A program made the translations under genes and the position numbers. This document shows, piece by piece, positions 10,217 to 19,944 of a stretch of 64,000 bases of DNA (the first letter of the stretch is position 1; every line of letters starts with the position of its first letter). The notes under the pieces are model-generated. The model did no database searches and was not told where the DNA came from. It saw only the letters and a list, made by a program, of their open reading frames with translations. Source of the stretch: Armatimonadota bacterium (GTDB lineage: Bacteria; Sysuimicrobiota; Sysuimicrobiia; Sysuimicrobiales; Humicultoraceae). The stretch spans positions 122,304-186,303 of the forward strand of contig JBBIOM010000001.1 of the NCBI GenBank assembly GCA_037443365.1. The letters run 5' to 3'.

Positions 10217-10693
10217 ATGCGGTCACGGCTGGAGTTCGGTCGGGCCTTCGAGACCCTGAGGGCATCCAAGAACCTCTCGCGCGAGGAGGTCGCCACGCTG
10301 GCCGGGATCTCGCACTCGTACCTGGCCGAGATCGAGCGCGGGCTGAAGCGCCCGTCCACGGACATCGTCGCCAAGATCGCACGGGCCTTCGGCATGAAGG
10401 GCAGTTCCCTTCTCCAGTACGTGGAGGAGCTGTCCGCCCCGCTGCCCGAGGAGCAGCCGCCCGACAGGGCCGTGCAACTCCCGCTGAAGCGCGGGCGTCC
10501 CATGGTGCTGTTCTCCAACGACCAGGCGGGCGAGGCCGGGGCCCGGCGCAGGAGCCGCGCCGCCAGGGCAGCCCCTGCTGACCAGGGAGACCTGGCGCTG
10601 TACGAGCTGCTGGTGATAGCCCGGCGGCTCCCTGAGGGCGATCGCGCGGCGCTGCTGCGTCTGGCCAGGCACCTCCTCCACCGCAAGGCGTAA
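10217..10693 (+). CDS. XRE-family HTH regulator
   Basis: LSREEVATLAGISHSYLAEIERG; AAGGAGG RBS. Confidence 0.85.
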   Translation: MRSRLEFGRAFETLRASKNLSREEVATLAGISHSYLAEIERGLKRPSTDIVAKIARAFGMKGSSLLQYVEELSAPLPEEQPPDRAVQLPLKRGRPMVLFSNDQAGEAGARRRSRAARAAPADQGDLALYELLVIARRLPEGDRAALLRLARHLLHRKA

Positions 10694-10707
10694 GGAGCCA
10701 TCGGCGC

Positions 10708-11655
10708 ATGGGATCGCCGGACGGGACCAGGCATCCCGAGGTCCTCGTCGCCGGGGGAATCTACTGCGATCTGGTATTCTCCGGACTGGCCGGGATGCCG
10801 GCCCTGGGCGAGGAGACGCGCACGCGGCAGTTCACCATGACCGTGGGCGGAGGCGCGTTCATTACCGCATCCGGCCTGGCGCGCCTGCGCGTGCATACGG
10901 GCCTGCTCGCCTACGTGGGCAAAGACCTGCTGGGACGCTTTCAACTCCAGAACCTGCGCCGGGCCGGCGTGGACACCTCGCGCGTCGTGCGGCACCCCGA
11001 GCTGGGCGCCGGCCTATCCGTGGCCTTCTCCACCGCCTCTGACCGCGGCTTCCTCACGTACCCGGGATGCGCGGCCAGCACAGGCGATCTGCTCGACGCC
11101 TGGCCTAGCGGGGGCGATCCTCCGGTAAGGCACGTGCACTTCGCGGGCATGCCGCCTCCGTTTGCCGCCCGGCTGCCGCTGCTGGAGCGACTCCGGTCCG
11201 CGGGAACGACCACTTCGCTGGACATCGGGTGGAACCCGGCGCAGTACGACTCGCCCGGGTTCCGCGAGGTCGCACGGCGCGTGACGATCTTCATGCCCTC
11301 CTGGCGCGACGCCGCCTGGTTCACCGGATGCGATGATCCTGGAGCCGCCCTGGAGGCGCTGGCCGAGTTCGTGGAGGTGCCGGTAGTCAAGCTGGGGCCC
11401 GAGGGCGCAATCGCGATGCGCGACGGGCGTGCGTTCCGCGCCAGCCCACCCCCGGTCACCGCGGTGGAGACCACCGGAGCGGGCGACGCGTTCGACGCGG
11501 GCTTCCTGTGGGCGTTCCTGCGCGGTGAGCCCATCGCCCGGTGTCTTTCGGCGGGGTGCGTGTGCGGGGCGCTCTCGACGCGCGCGCCGGGCGGGACCGC
11601 GGCGTTTCCCTCCCTGCGAGAGCTGCGCGCGGCAATGGCAGGAGGCGCGGCTTGA
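10708..11655 (+). CDS. PfkB-family carbohydrate kinase
   Basis: VKLGPEG; ETTGAGDAFDAGF. Confidence 0.9.
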   Translation: MGSPDGTRHPEVLVAGGIYCDLVFSGLAGMPALGEETRTRQFTMTVGGGAFITASGLARLRVHTGLLAYVGKDLLGRFQLQNLRRAGVDTSRVVRHPELGAGLSVAFSTASDRGFLTYPGCAASTGDLLDAWPSGGDPPVRHVHFAGMPPPFAARLPLLERLRSAGTTTSLDIGWNPAQYDSPGFREVARRVTIFMPSWRDAAWFTGCDDPGAALEALAEFVEVPVVKLGPEGAIAMRDGRAFRASPPPVTAVETTGAGDAFDAGFLWAFLRGEPIARCLSAGCVCGALSTRAPGGTAAFPSLRELRAAMAGGAA

Positions 11656-12998
11656 CGCTGACCGTCATCGGCGGAGGGGGCATGCGCACCCCGCTTCTGA
11701 TCGGCGGGCTCATTGAGCGCCGGGAGCGTCTCTCTGTGGAGAGGGTGATCCTCCAGGACGTCGATGCGGAGGCGCTGGACTTGGTGCGGACGGTCGCAGG
11801 CGCGATGCTCGAGCGGGCCGGGTGGCCATTCGAGTTAGTGACGACCACCTCCGTGGAAGAGGCGCTCGATTCGCCCTCCTGGATCATAACCAGCATCCGG
11901 GTAGGCGGCCTGGCAGGCCGCGCCATTGACGAACGCGTGCCGCTGGCGTGGGGCGTCGTAGGGCAGGAGACGACCGGCCCAGGGGGATGGGCCATGGCGC
12001 TGCGCACGATCCCTGTTCTGCTCGAGATTGCCGCACGGGTCCGCGACCGCCAGCCGTCGGCGTGGATCGTCAACTTCACGAACCCGGCCGGGTTGATAAC
12101 GCAGGCCCTCACCGACCAGGGGCACCTCGCCATCGGCATCTGCGACAGCCCGCCTGCCCTGGGAGATCGGATTGCGGCGGCGCTGGGCGTGCCGCCGGCC
12201 GGATTGCGGCTGGACTACCTGGGGCTCAACCATCTGGGCTGGGTGCGCGGCGTGCACCTGGGCGGCGTGGATCGGCTGCCCGAGATCCTCGCCAGCGACG
12301 AGCTGATCCGGGCCGTCTACGGAAGGCCGCTGTTCGATCCCGCGGAGATACGGCGCCTGGGGCTGCTGCCCAACGAGTACCTGCGCTACTACTACCACCA
12401 CGAGGAGATGGTCAGGCGTCTGCGCGAGTCGGCCCGTACGCGCGCCGAGGCGATCAGCGCTCTGGCCGAGGAACTGCGCGAATCGGTCAAGCAGGCCGTC
12501 CAGCGTGGTCAGGATCCCCTGCCCTGCTACATGGCAGCCATCCTGGCGCGGCGGTCATCGTACATGGCAGTAGAGACCGGCCAGAACCGCGACCTCGGCC
12601 TGATGGGCGGGCGCGTGGAAGGCGGCTACGCCCGCGCCGCGCTGACCGTCATCGAGGCGATGTGCCGGCCGACACCCGGCGAACTGATCGTCAACACGCG
12701 CAATCAGGGGGCCATCCCCGACCTCGCGCCAGGCGACGTGGTGGAGGTGCCGTGTCGCTTCGGCGCCTCGGGGCCCGAGCCCCTGGGCATGGGCCCGTTG
12801 CCCGAGGCGGCGCGCGATCTGGTGCTGCGCGTGAAGGCCTACGAGCGTGCGGCCGCAGAAGCCGCGGTGGCGCGTTCGTGGCGAGCAGCGGTGGCCGCCC
12901 TGGCGATGCACCCGCTGATCCCTTCGCTTGAGGTCGCCTCGCGGATCGCGGACGAGTACAGGCGGCAGCACTCGCCTCACCTGGACTACCTCCACTAG
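11652..12998 (+). CDS. GH4 NAD-dependent 6-phospho-glycosidase
   Basis: IGGG, GQETTGPGG, NFTNP, ICD, GLNH; TTG start overlapping the pfkB stop. Confidence 0.88.
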   Translation: MTLTVIGGGGMRTPLLIGGLIERRERLSVERVILQDVDAEALDLVRTVAGAMLERAGWPFELVTTTSVEEALDSPSWIITSIRVGGLAGRAIDERVPLAWGVVGQETTGPGGWAMALRTIPVLLEIAARVRDRQPSAWIVNFTNPAGLITQALTDQGHLAIGICDSPPALGDRIAAALGVPPAGLRLDYLGLNHLGWVRGVHLGGVDRLPEILASDELIRAVYGRPLFDPAEIRRLGLLPNEYLRYYYHHEEMVRRLRESARTRAEAISALAEELRESVKQAVQRGQDPLPCYMAAILARRSSYMAVETGQNRDLGLMGGRVEGGYARAALTVIEAMCRPTPGELIVNTRNQGAIPDLAPGDVVEVPCRFGASGPEPLGMGPLPEAARDLVLRVKAYERAAAEAAVARSWRAAVAALAMHPLIPSLEVASRIADEYRRQHSPHLDYLH

Positions 12999-13056
12999 CG
13001 GCCGCTCCCGGCCGCCTCTGAAGGGATTTCTTCAAATCGCGCCGAAATCACCTATC

Positions 13057-13959
13057 ATGCAGAAATCGCTGCGTGCCCGGCCGTTCCCTGAGGCGATCGA
13101 GGCGGCCTACACGCGCCTCTCCCCTAGCCAGCGACGCCTGGCCGAGTACCTGCTGGCAGGATACGATGAGGCGGCGTTTCTTGCCTCAACCGAGCTTGCG
13201 CGGCGCGTTCGGACCAGCGACTCCACGGTCGTCAGATTCGCCCGCGCCCTGGGCTACCAGGGCTATCCTGCCATGCGCGCGGCCCTGGCCGACCTTGTGC
13301 GTGCCGGCAGAGCGACGCACAGCGGACGCATGGCCTCCGCCCTGCGCCGCCTGAGCACGGAGGCCTCCCCGCTGGCGCGGCTCCTGGACCAGGATCTGGC
13401 CGCACTCGGCGAACTGCGCCGCACGCTGCCGCCCTCGCTGATCGCGCAGGTCGCAGGGCGCCTGCGCGCGGCCCGCACGGTGTACGTGATCGGCCTGGGC
13501 ATATCGCGGTCGCTGGCGCACTTCGTGGCCTTCCGGCTGCGCCGCACCGGAATCCGCGTAGAGACGATCACGCACGGCGGGAGCGAGGCGTGGGAGGTGC
13601 TGTTCGGCATCTCACGCCGGGATGTGATGCTCGCCGTGGGGTTCTTCCGGGGCTACCAGGACATAGTGCGGGCGCTGCGCTACGCCCAGAGCAAGGGGGT
13701 GCACACAGTCGTCTTCACCGACACCCCTGATTCGCCGCTGGCCGCGCACGCGGCGCGCCTCGTGGTGGCCCGGCGTGGGGATCTGGCTGTTGTCAACTCG
13801 CTCGTTGTTCCCATGGCGGTGCTCAATCTCCTGACGGTGGCGGTGGCCCTGCAGTCGCCCCGCACCGCCGTGGGCAGACTCCGGGCATGGGACCGCCTGA
13901 GGTCGGTTTTCGAGGATTCCCCCGAACCGGCGCGCGATGGCCGCGGCGGGAACGAGTAG
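13057..13959 (+). CDS. MurR/RpiR-family regulator (HTH plus SIS)
   Basis: LSPSQRRLAEYLL; SDSTVVRFARALGYQGY. Confidence 0.88.
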   Translation: MQKSLRARPFPEAIEAAYTRLSPSQRRLAEYLLAGYDEAAFLASTELARRVRTSDSTVVRFARALGYQGYPAMRAALADLVRAGRATHSGRMASALRRLSTEASPLARLLDQDLAALGELRRTLPPSLIAQVAGRLRAARTVYVIGLGISRSLAHFVAFRLRRTGIRVETITHGGSEAWEVLFGISRRDVMLAVGFFRGYQDIVRALRYAQSKGVHTVVFTDTPDSPLAAHAARLVVARRGDLAVVNSLVVPMAVLNLLTVAVALQSPRTAVGRLRAWDRLRSVFEDSPEPARDGRGGNE

Positions 13960-13990
13960 CGAGAGCACGATGCCGATGGAGGTGAGCCGG

Positions 13991-14986
13991 ATGCGCAAGT
14001 GGAGTATGGTGACGATCGCCCTGCTGATCGCAAGCGTGGGGGCGGCGGTGGCCCCGCCCGCGGGCGCCCAACCTGCCTCGGGCACCATCGTCCTCTACAC
14101 GTCGGTTCCCCAGGAGCTGGCGACCGAGTTCGCCGGCGCGTTCATGCGCAGGCAGCCCCAGATCAAACTCGAGGTGCTGCGGTCGGGCAGCACCGAGATC
14201 GAGAAGCGGATATTCGCCGAGCTCGAGACCGGAGGCATCCGGGCCGACCTGCTGTGGCTGGCCGACGCGCCGATCTTCATCACCCTGCGCGATCGGGGGC
14301 TGCTGCTGCCCTACCGGTCCCCTGACGCGCGAAACGTGCCCGCGGCGTTTCGCGATCCAGGCAACCACTTCATCGCCGGGCGCCTGATAAACATGATAAT
14401 CGCAACCAACACCACGCTGATCCCGGTACGCGCCGCACCCAAGTCGTGGTCCGACTTCCCCAAGTACGGCAAGACCGCATCCATGCCGAATCCGCTCTTC
14501 TCCGGCTCGGTCTTCGTGACCGTGGCCACCTTCGTGCAGAAGTACGGCTGGGCCTGGTTTGAGCGCGCGCGCAAGGAGAACATCCAGGTGCTGCGCGGGA
14601 ACACCGAGGTGGCGCGCGCGCTGGCCGCGCGCGAGTTCGGGGTGGGCATGACCCTGGACTTCATGGTCTACGGCCTGATCCAGGACGGCGCGCCGCTTGC
14701 CATCATCTGGCCCGAGGAAGGCGCGGTCTCCGTTCCCAGCCCGGTCGCTATAGTGAAGACCAGCAAGAACCCCGAGGCCGCGCGACGCTTCGTGGACTTC
14801 GTCATCAGCGTGGAGGGGCAGAAGTTCCTGGCCTCCCAGGGCGTTGTGCCGGTGCGCGAGGACGTGGATCCCCCCAAGGGCCAGCCGCGCGCCTCGGAGA
14901 TCAAGACGCTGCCGATCCCGTTCGAGTGGGCGGCGAAGAACGCCGCCGACATCCGCACGCGGTTCGAGCAGATCATGATGCGCTAG
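13991..14986 (+). CDS. ABC substrate-binding protein, FbpA/AfuA-like
   Basis: Signal peptide; VLYTS, ADLLW, WPEEG, NPEAARRFVDF. Confidence 0.85.
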   Translation: MRKWSMVTIALLIASVGAAVAPPAGAQPASGTIVLYTSVPQELATEFAGAFMRRQPQIKLEVLRSGSTEIEKRIFAELETGGIRADLLWLADAPIFITLRDRGLLLPYRSPDARNVPAAFRDPGNHFIAGRLINMIIATNTTLIPVRAAPKSWSDFPKYGKTASMPNPLFSGSVFVTVATFVQKYGWAWFERARKENIQVLRGNTEVARALAAREFGVGMTLDFMVYGLIQDGAPLAIIWPEEGAVSVPSPVAIVKTSKNPEAARRFVDFVISVEGQKFLASQGVVPVREDVDPPKGQPRASEIKTLPIPFEWAAKNAADIRTRFEQIMMR

Positions 14987-14992
14987 CCCGAG

Positions 14993-16705
14993 GTGCCGCG
15001 GATGCCGACAGAGGCCCCGCCCGTCCGCCCATCCCGCGGCCGGGCGCCGGGGAACGGGCTGGACATGCGCGTGCCGCTGCTGGCCGTGGTGGCGGTGGCG
15101 GTGGCGTTCATCGTGGTCTGGCCCGTAGCGCAGGTGGTCTACCGCAGCCTCATCGTGGATGGCGGACTGGGGCTGCAGCACTACCACAGGGCCATAGTCC
15201 AGCCCGGCAATCTCCGAGCCCTGTCCAACACCATCTGGGTAGGCGTGGCCTCCGCGCTCGGAGCGATGATCGCGGGCGCCGTGCTGGCCTTCCTGGTGAT
15301 GCGCACCGACATACCGGGCAAGGCCGCCCTGCGCACCCTGCTCGTCATGCCCTACGCGGTGCCGCCCTTCTTCGGGGCGATCGCATGGGCCCAACTGCTC
15401 GGACCGCAGGGCTACATCACGCGCCCGCTCCTCGCCCTGCTGGGCCTGGAGCAGGCCCCCTTCTCGATTTACAGCGGCTGGGGGATCGTCTTCGTGATGG
15501 CGATCCACGACTTCCCGCTCGTCTTCTTGACGGTCAGCGGAGCGCTCGAGCGGATGGACGCCAGCCTGGAGGAGTCCGCGCGCACGGCCGGCGCCGGCAG
15601 CCTGCGCGTGATGCGCGACGTCACGATTCCGCTGGTACTCCCGGCGCTGCTGGCCGGGGGATTGCTGGCCTTCATCTCCTCGATCGCCAATTTCGGGATT
15701 CCTGCGCTGCTGGGGCTCCGTGCCCGGTTCTATGTCCTCACGACAAGCATCTACGCCTCGCTGAACGTCCCCGACTTCCCGCTTGCCACGGCCAAGTCGG
15801 TGCTGCTCGCGGGGGTCGGCGCCGCGGCGCTGGTGCTCCAGTGGCGGCTCCAGCGCGGGGGACAGCGTTACACTGTCATCGCCGGCAAGTCCATCCACCC
15901 GCAGATTATCCGCCTGGGGTCGCTCCGCCGCCCGGCGTTCGCCCTGGCGGTCGCGTTCGCCGTGGTGATCTCGATCCTCCCACTCCTCTCCCTGCTGCTG
16001 ACCTCCTTCCTGAGATACTACGGCGCGCCCCTGGCCGCGGCGAGCCTGACGCTGAAGCACTACGCGTACGTCGCGAACCAGGAGATGATTCGCCGTGCGC
16101 TCGCAAACAGCGCGCTGCTGGGCATATCCGCCGCCACGATAACCATGGTACTGGGAACGTTCGTGGCCTACGCCCGGATACGCGCCAGGCTGCGGGGAGC
16201 CGCGGTCCTCGACACGCTGGGCATGCTCCCCTACGGCATCCCCCACACCGTCATCGCCATAGCGATGATCCTGGCCTGGGCCCGCCCCCCGCTGGCGCTC
16301 TACGGCACGCTCTGGATCATTCTGCTCGCGTACGTCATGGCCTACATGCCCCTTGCCCTGCGTACGACCTCCGCGACGTTGCAGCAGGTGCACGAGTCGC
16401 TGGAGGAGGCCGCCCGCGCGTCGGGTGCGGGGCCGCTCAGAGCCATGCGCGACATAATCGTCCCGCTCGTGCGCCCAGGAATGGTGGCCGGCTGGATCCT
16501 GGTCTTCATGCCGGCGTTCCGCGAACTGACAATGTCAATACTGCTGTTCGGGCTTCGAACCGAGACGATAGGCGTGATCATCTTCAACATGCAGGATTCG
16601 GGGTACACGCAGATTGCGGCCGCGCTCTCGGTCCTCGTGATGCTGCTGATACTGGGCAGCAACTTGATCGTTCGGCGGGCCACAAGGGGCCAGGTGGGGT
16701 TCTAG
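14993..16705 (+). CDS. FbpB/AfuB-like double-domain ABC permease
   Basis: Two EAA loops (LEESARTAGA; LEEAARASGA), NFGIP. Confidence 0.88.
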   Translation: MPRMPTEAPPVRPSRGRAPGNGLDMRVPLLAVVAVAVAFIVVWPVAQVVYRSLIVDGGLGLQHYHRAIVQPGNLRALSNTIWVGVASALGAMIAGAVLAFLVMRTDIPGKAALRTLLVMPYAVPPFFGAIAWAQLLGPQGYITRPLLALLGLEQAPFSIYSGWGIVFVMAIHDFPLVFLTVSGALERMDASLEESARTAGAGSLRVMRDVTIPLVLPALLAGGLLAFISSIANFGIPALLGLRARFYVLTTSIYASLNVPDFPLATAKSVLLAGVGAAALVLQWRLQRGGQRYTVIAGKSIHPQIIRLGSLRRPAFALAVAFAVVISILPLLSLLLTSFLRYYGAPLAAASLTLKHYAYVANQEMIRRALANSALLGISAATITMVLGTFVAYARIRARLRGAAVLDTLGMLPYGIPHTVIAIAMILAWARPPLALYGTLWIILLAYVMAYMPLALRTTSATLQQVHESLEEAARASGAGPLRAMRDIIVPLVRPGMVAGWILVFMPAFRELTMSILLFGLRTETIGVIIFNMQDSGYTQIAAALSVLVMLLILGSNLIVRRATRGQVGF

Positions 16706-16743
16706 CGCGCGGGGCTCGGCCGGAGCCCGCTCGGGGGGTTGCC

Positions 16744-17793
16744 ATGGACGCAGTAGCAGTCTCGGATCTCTGGAAGACCTTCGACGGGGTCGTCGCCGTG
16801 CGGGCGGTGTCCTTCTCGATTGGACCAGAGGAGTTCTTCACGCTGCTGGGCCCCAGCGGGTGCGGAAAGACCACGACGCTGCGCTGCGTGGCCGGCCTGG
16901 AGATCCCCACGCGCGGCCAGATCAGGATCGGGGGGCGGGTCGTCAGCCATCCTGAGGCCGGGCAGTTCGTCCCACCGGAAGGCCGCCGCCTGGGAATGGT
17001 GTTCCAGAACTACGCGGTCTGGCCGCACATGAGCGTGTTCGACAACGTGGCCTATCCACTGCGCGTGGCCGGCGAGCCGAGGAAGGCGATCACCGCGCGG
17101 GTGGCCGAGGTGCTCGACCTGGTGGAGTTGGAGGGCCTGGGCGGGCGCTTCCCGCACCAGCTCTCCGGAGGCCAGCAGCAGCGCGTCGCGCTGGGACGCG
17201 CGCTGGCCGGCCGCCCAGAGATCCTGCTGCTCGATGAGCCGCTGTCGAATCTCGACGCCAAGCTGCGGGAGCAGATGCGCTTCGAGCTCAAGGAGCTTCA
17301 GCGCCGCATGCGCATCCCGGTCCTGTACGTCACCCACGATCAGGCCGAGGCGATGGCCCTGTCGGACCGCCTGGCCGTCATGGCGGAGGGGCAGATCGCG
17401 CAAATGGGCAGGCCGGCTGAGATCTACAGGAACCCGGCGACGCGGTTCGTGGCAGACTTCATCGGGCAGATGAACTTCCTTCCGGCGCAGATCATCGCCG
17501 CGGAGCCGGGCACCGCCCGCGTCATCGTTGATGGCTACGAGTGCCGTGCCGAGAATCCCTCCGGCATCCTCGGCCAGGCGGCAATGGCGGTGCGCCCCGA
17601 GGACATGACCCTGGGAGACGAGGGACTGCCCGGCCGGATCGGGGTCCGGAACTTCCTGGGCAACCTGGTGGAGTACAAGGTCGAGTTGGAGGGAGGGCTG
17701 ACAGTACGCGTGCAGGCGCCGCCCGGGGAGTTCCACGAGGAAGGTGCGCCTGTCCGGGTCGGCATCCGCCGGGCACTGCTCTTCGAGTCATGA
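16744..17793 (+). CDS. ABC ATP-binding protein (FbpC/PotA-like)
   Basis: GPSGCGKTT, LSGGQQQR, LLLDEP; likely start ATG at 16744. Confidence 0.92.
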   Translation: MDAVAVSDLWKTFDGVVAVRAVSFSIGPEEFFTLLGPSGCGKTTTLRCVAGLEIPTRGQIRIGGRVVSHPEAGQFVPPEGRRLGMVFQNYAVWPHMSVFDNVAYPLRVAGEPRKAITARVAEVLDLVELEGLGGRFPHQLSGGQQQRVALGRALAGRPEILLLDEPLSNLDAKLREQMRFELKELQRRMRIPVLYVTHDQAEAMALSDRLAVMAEGQIAQMGRPAEIYRNPATRFVADFIGQMNFLPAQIIAAEPGTARVIVDGYECRAENPSGILGQAAMAVRPEDMTLGDEGLPGRIGVRNFLGNLVEYKVELEGGLTVRVQAPPGEFHEEGAPVRVGIRRALLFES

Positions 17794-18584
17794 AGATAGC
17801 GGCGTCCACGGCGACGACACGCGAGCTGCCCCTGCTTGAGGCCGTGGGCCTCGTGCGCGACCTGGGATATGCGGCCCTGGAGGTATGGGCCGAACACATC
17901 CGGGATCAGGGCTTCTCCCCTGCTCGCCTCAGGAGCGAAGCCGAGGCCCGCGGCCTGGCCGTGACGCTGCACGGGCCTTCGCACGACCTCAACATCACGT
18001 CCACCAACCCCGGCGTCCGGCTGGAGTCCCAGCGGCAGTACCTGGCCTCTCTGGAGACCGCCGCCAAGATGGCTGCCGGGATCGTGGTCATGCACCCCGG
18101 CGCGCGCTCCTCGAGCGGCGACGATCCTGCCGACTTCTGGGCCCCGATGGAGGACTTCTTCGGTCTTGCGGCCGCCAGGGCCGCACAACTGGGGCTCTGC
18201 GTGGGAGTCGAGAACATGGAGCGCCGGGCGCTGGAGTTGGTTACGGATCTCGATCTGGCGGCACGCCTCGTGCGCCGGGTGGGCGCACCGTCACTTGGGC
18301 TGACGCTGGACCTGGCGCACCTGCTCTACAACGGCAGCCCGGCTGCCCTCGACGGGCTGGAGCAGCACATCTATCACGTCCACGTCTCCGGATCTACCCA
18401 CGAGAGGGCCCACGTCCCCCTTGCCCAGGGTATCTTCGATCCACGGCCGGCGCTGGAGAGCCTGCGCCGGTTCTACGGCGGCATCGTGGCCATCGAAGGC
18501 TTCGTGCGCGCCCGTGCGCGCGAGGTGCTGGCCGAGAACCTCGATATCATGACGGCGTGGCTGGGCCGGACGCCGTCCGCCTAG
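17790..18584 (+). CDS. Sugar phosphate isomerase/epimerase (AP endonuclease 2 TIM barrel)
   Basis: VMHPG, VENM, DLAH, HVH, IEG; ATGA overlap. Confidence 0.8.
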   Translation: MKIAASTATTRELPLLEAVGLVRDLGYAALEVWAEHIRDQGFSPARLRSEAEARGLAVTLHGPSHDLNITSTNPGVRLESQRQYLASLETAAKMAAGIVVMHPGARSSSGDDPADFWAPMEDFFGLAAARAAQLGLCVGVENMERRALELVTDLDLAARLVRRVGAPSLGLTLDLAHLLYNGSPAALDGLEQHIYHVHVSGSTHERAHVPLAQGIFDPRPALESLRRFYGGIVAIEGFVRARAREVLAENLDIMTAWLGRTPSA

Positions 18585-18608
18585 TCCGGCGCCGCTTCTC
18601 CCACCCAA

Positions 18609-19793
18609 TCAGGTCCTGGCAGGCCTGTAGAGCGGGAGCGCCTCGCGCATGCGCCGCATCCCCTCGCGGATGTTGCCCTGACTGTTGGCGTAGGAGAACC
18701 GTAGGTAGCCCCTGCCATGCGTGCCGAACGACGTTCCTGCCAGGCACGCTACCCCTGCCTCCTCCAGGAGGAAGATGGCCAGGCGGTGCACATCGGTATC
18801 GATCGCCGACACGTTGGGGAAGGCGTAGAACGCGCCGCTTGGCATCTGGCAGGTCACGCCCCTCATCCCGTTCAACTCGCCCACTATCAGGTCCCGGCGG
18901 CGCCGGAACTCCGCGACCATCGCGTCCACCGAGTCCTGCGGGCCGGTCAGCGCGGCGATCGTGGCCACCTGCGCGAAGGCGGCCGCGCACGAGCTGGAGT
19001 TGATCAGGAGCTGCGCCATGCGCTCGATCAGGTCGGCCCGCATGACGCCGTAGCCGATCCGCCATCCGGTCATAGCGTACGCCTTGGACAGGCCGTCCAT
19101 GACTATCGTGCGGTCCGCCATGCCCGGAACGCTCGCAATGCTCGAATGCCGCCCCTCGTAGACGATCCGGCCGTAGATCTCGTCGGTCAGCACGAAGGCG
19201 CGCGTCGGCAGGACGGCCTCGGCCACGGCCTCCAGATCGGCGCGCGTCAGCATCGAGCCGCACGGGTTGTGGGGCGAGTTGAGCACCACCAGGCGCGTGC
19301 GGGGGGACAGCAAGGCGCGGAACTCATCCGGGTCGAATCGAAAGCCGGATTCCTCGCGAAGGCGGATGGGCCGCAGCGTCGCCCCGGCGAACTGGGCCGC
19401 CGACTGGTAGATCGGATACCCGGGGTCCGGGTAGACCACCTCGTCGCCGGGGTTCACGAGGGAGAGCATGGCGAAAAGGAGCACGTTCTTGGAGCCGGGC
19501 GTGATGACGACGTTGGATGCGTCCACCTTCATGCCGCGCTCGCGGGCCACGTGGTCAGCCACGGCCTGCCTGGCCTCCCATATCCCGGCGGCCGGCGTGT
19601 AGTGCGTGTACCCATCGCGTAGGGCCCGCACGGCCGCCTCGGTGATGTGGGGCGGCGTGTCGAAGTCGGGTTCGCCGATCTCCAGGTGGATCACGTGACG
19701 CCCCCTTGCCTCGAGCTGCTGGGCCCTGGCCAGCATCTCGAACGCCGTCTCGGTTCCCAGCGTGCTCATGCGCGCTGCCAGATCAAGGCTCAC
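18609..19793 (-). CDS. PLP-dependent class I/II aminotransferase
   Basis: GEPDFDTP, NSPHNPCG, DEIY, SKAYAMTGWRIG; GTG at 19793 with AAGGAGG. Confidence 0.92.
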   Translation of the reverse strand: MSLDLAARMSTLGTETAFEMLARAQQLEARGRHVIHLEIGEPDFDTPPHITEAAVRALRDGYTHYTPAAGIWEARQAVADHVARERGMKVDASNVVITPGSKNVLLFAMLSLVNPGDEVVYPDPGYPIYQSAAQFAGATLRPIRLREESGFRFDPDEFRALLSPRTRLVVLNSPHNPCGSMLTRADLEAVAEAVLPTRAFVLTDEIYGRIVYEGRHSSIASVPGMADRTIVMDGLSKAYAMTGWRIGYGVMRADLIERMAQLLINSSSCAAAFAQVATIAALTGPQDSVDAMVAEFRRRRDLIVGELNGMRGVTCQMPSGAFYAFPNVSAIDTDVHRLAIFLLEEAGVACLAGTSFGTHGRGYLRFSYANSQGNIREGMRRMREALPLYRPART

Positions 19794-19869
19794 GGGCTGC
19801 CTCCTTCGTCCTCCCGGCGAACTCGGTGCGTGAATGCTTTCCGCGCCGCGGAATGCACTCCTGCCCCGA

Positions 19870-19898
19870 TTGGCCGGGTGAGACGCCTCTGCTACAAT
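19870..19898 (+). promoter_or_regulatory. Sigma70-type promoter
   Basis: TTGGCC-17 nt-TACAAT with TG extension. Confidence 0.5.
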
Positions 19899-19944
19899 TG
19901 GGCCGCTCGTGCACCGCACATCCCATGAGAGGTGGTTCTTCGAG

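Noticed and set aside
13823-16393. 856-aa minus-strand ORF and similar long ORFs (5956-7599, 35695-37638, 38208-39698, 45841-47844)
   Set aside because: Stop-poor shadow frames of real high-GC genes, with no motifs
14926-16743. Apparent 606-aa N-terminal extension of the ABC ATPase
   Set aside because: Overlaps the permease in another frame; real start at 16744
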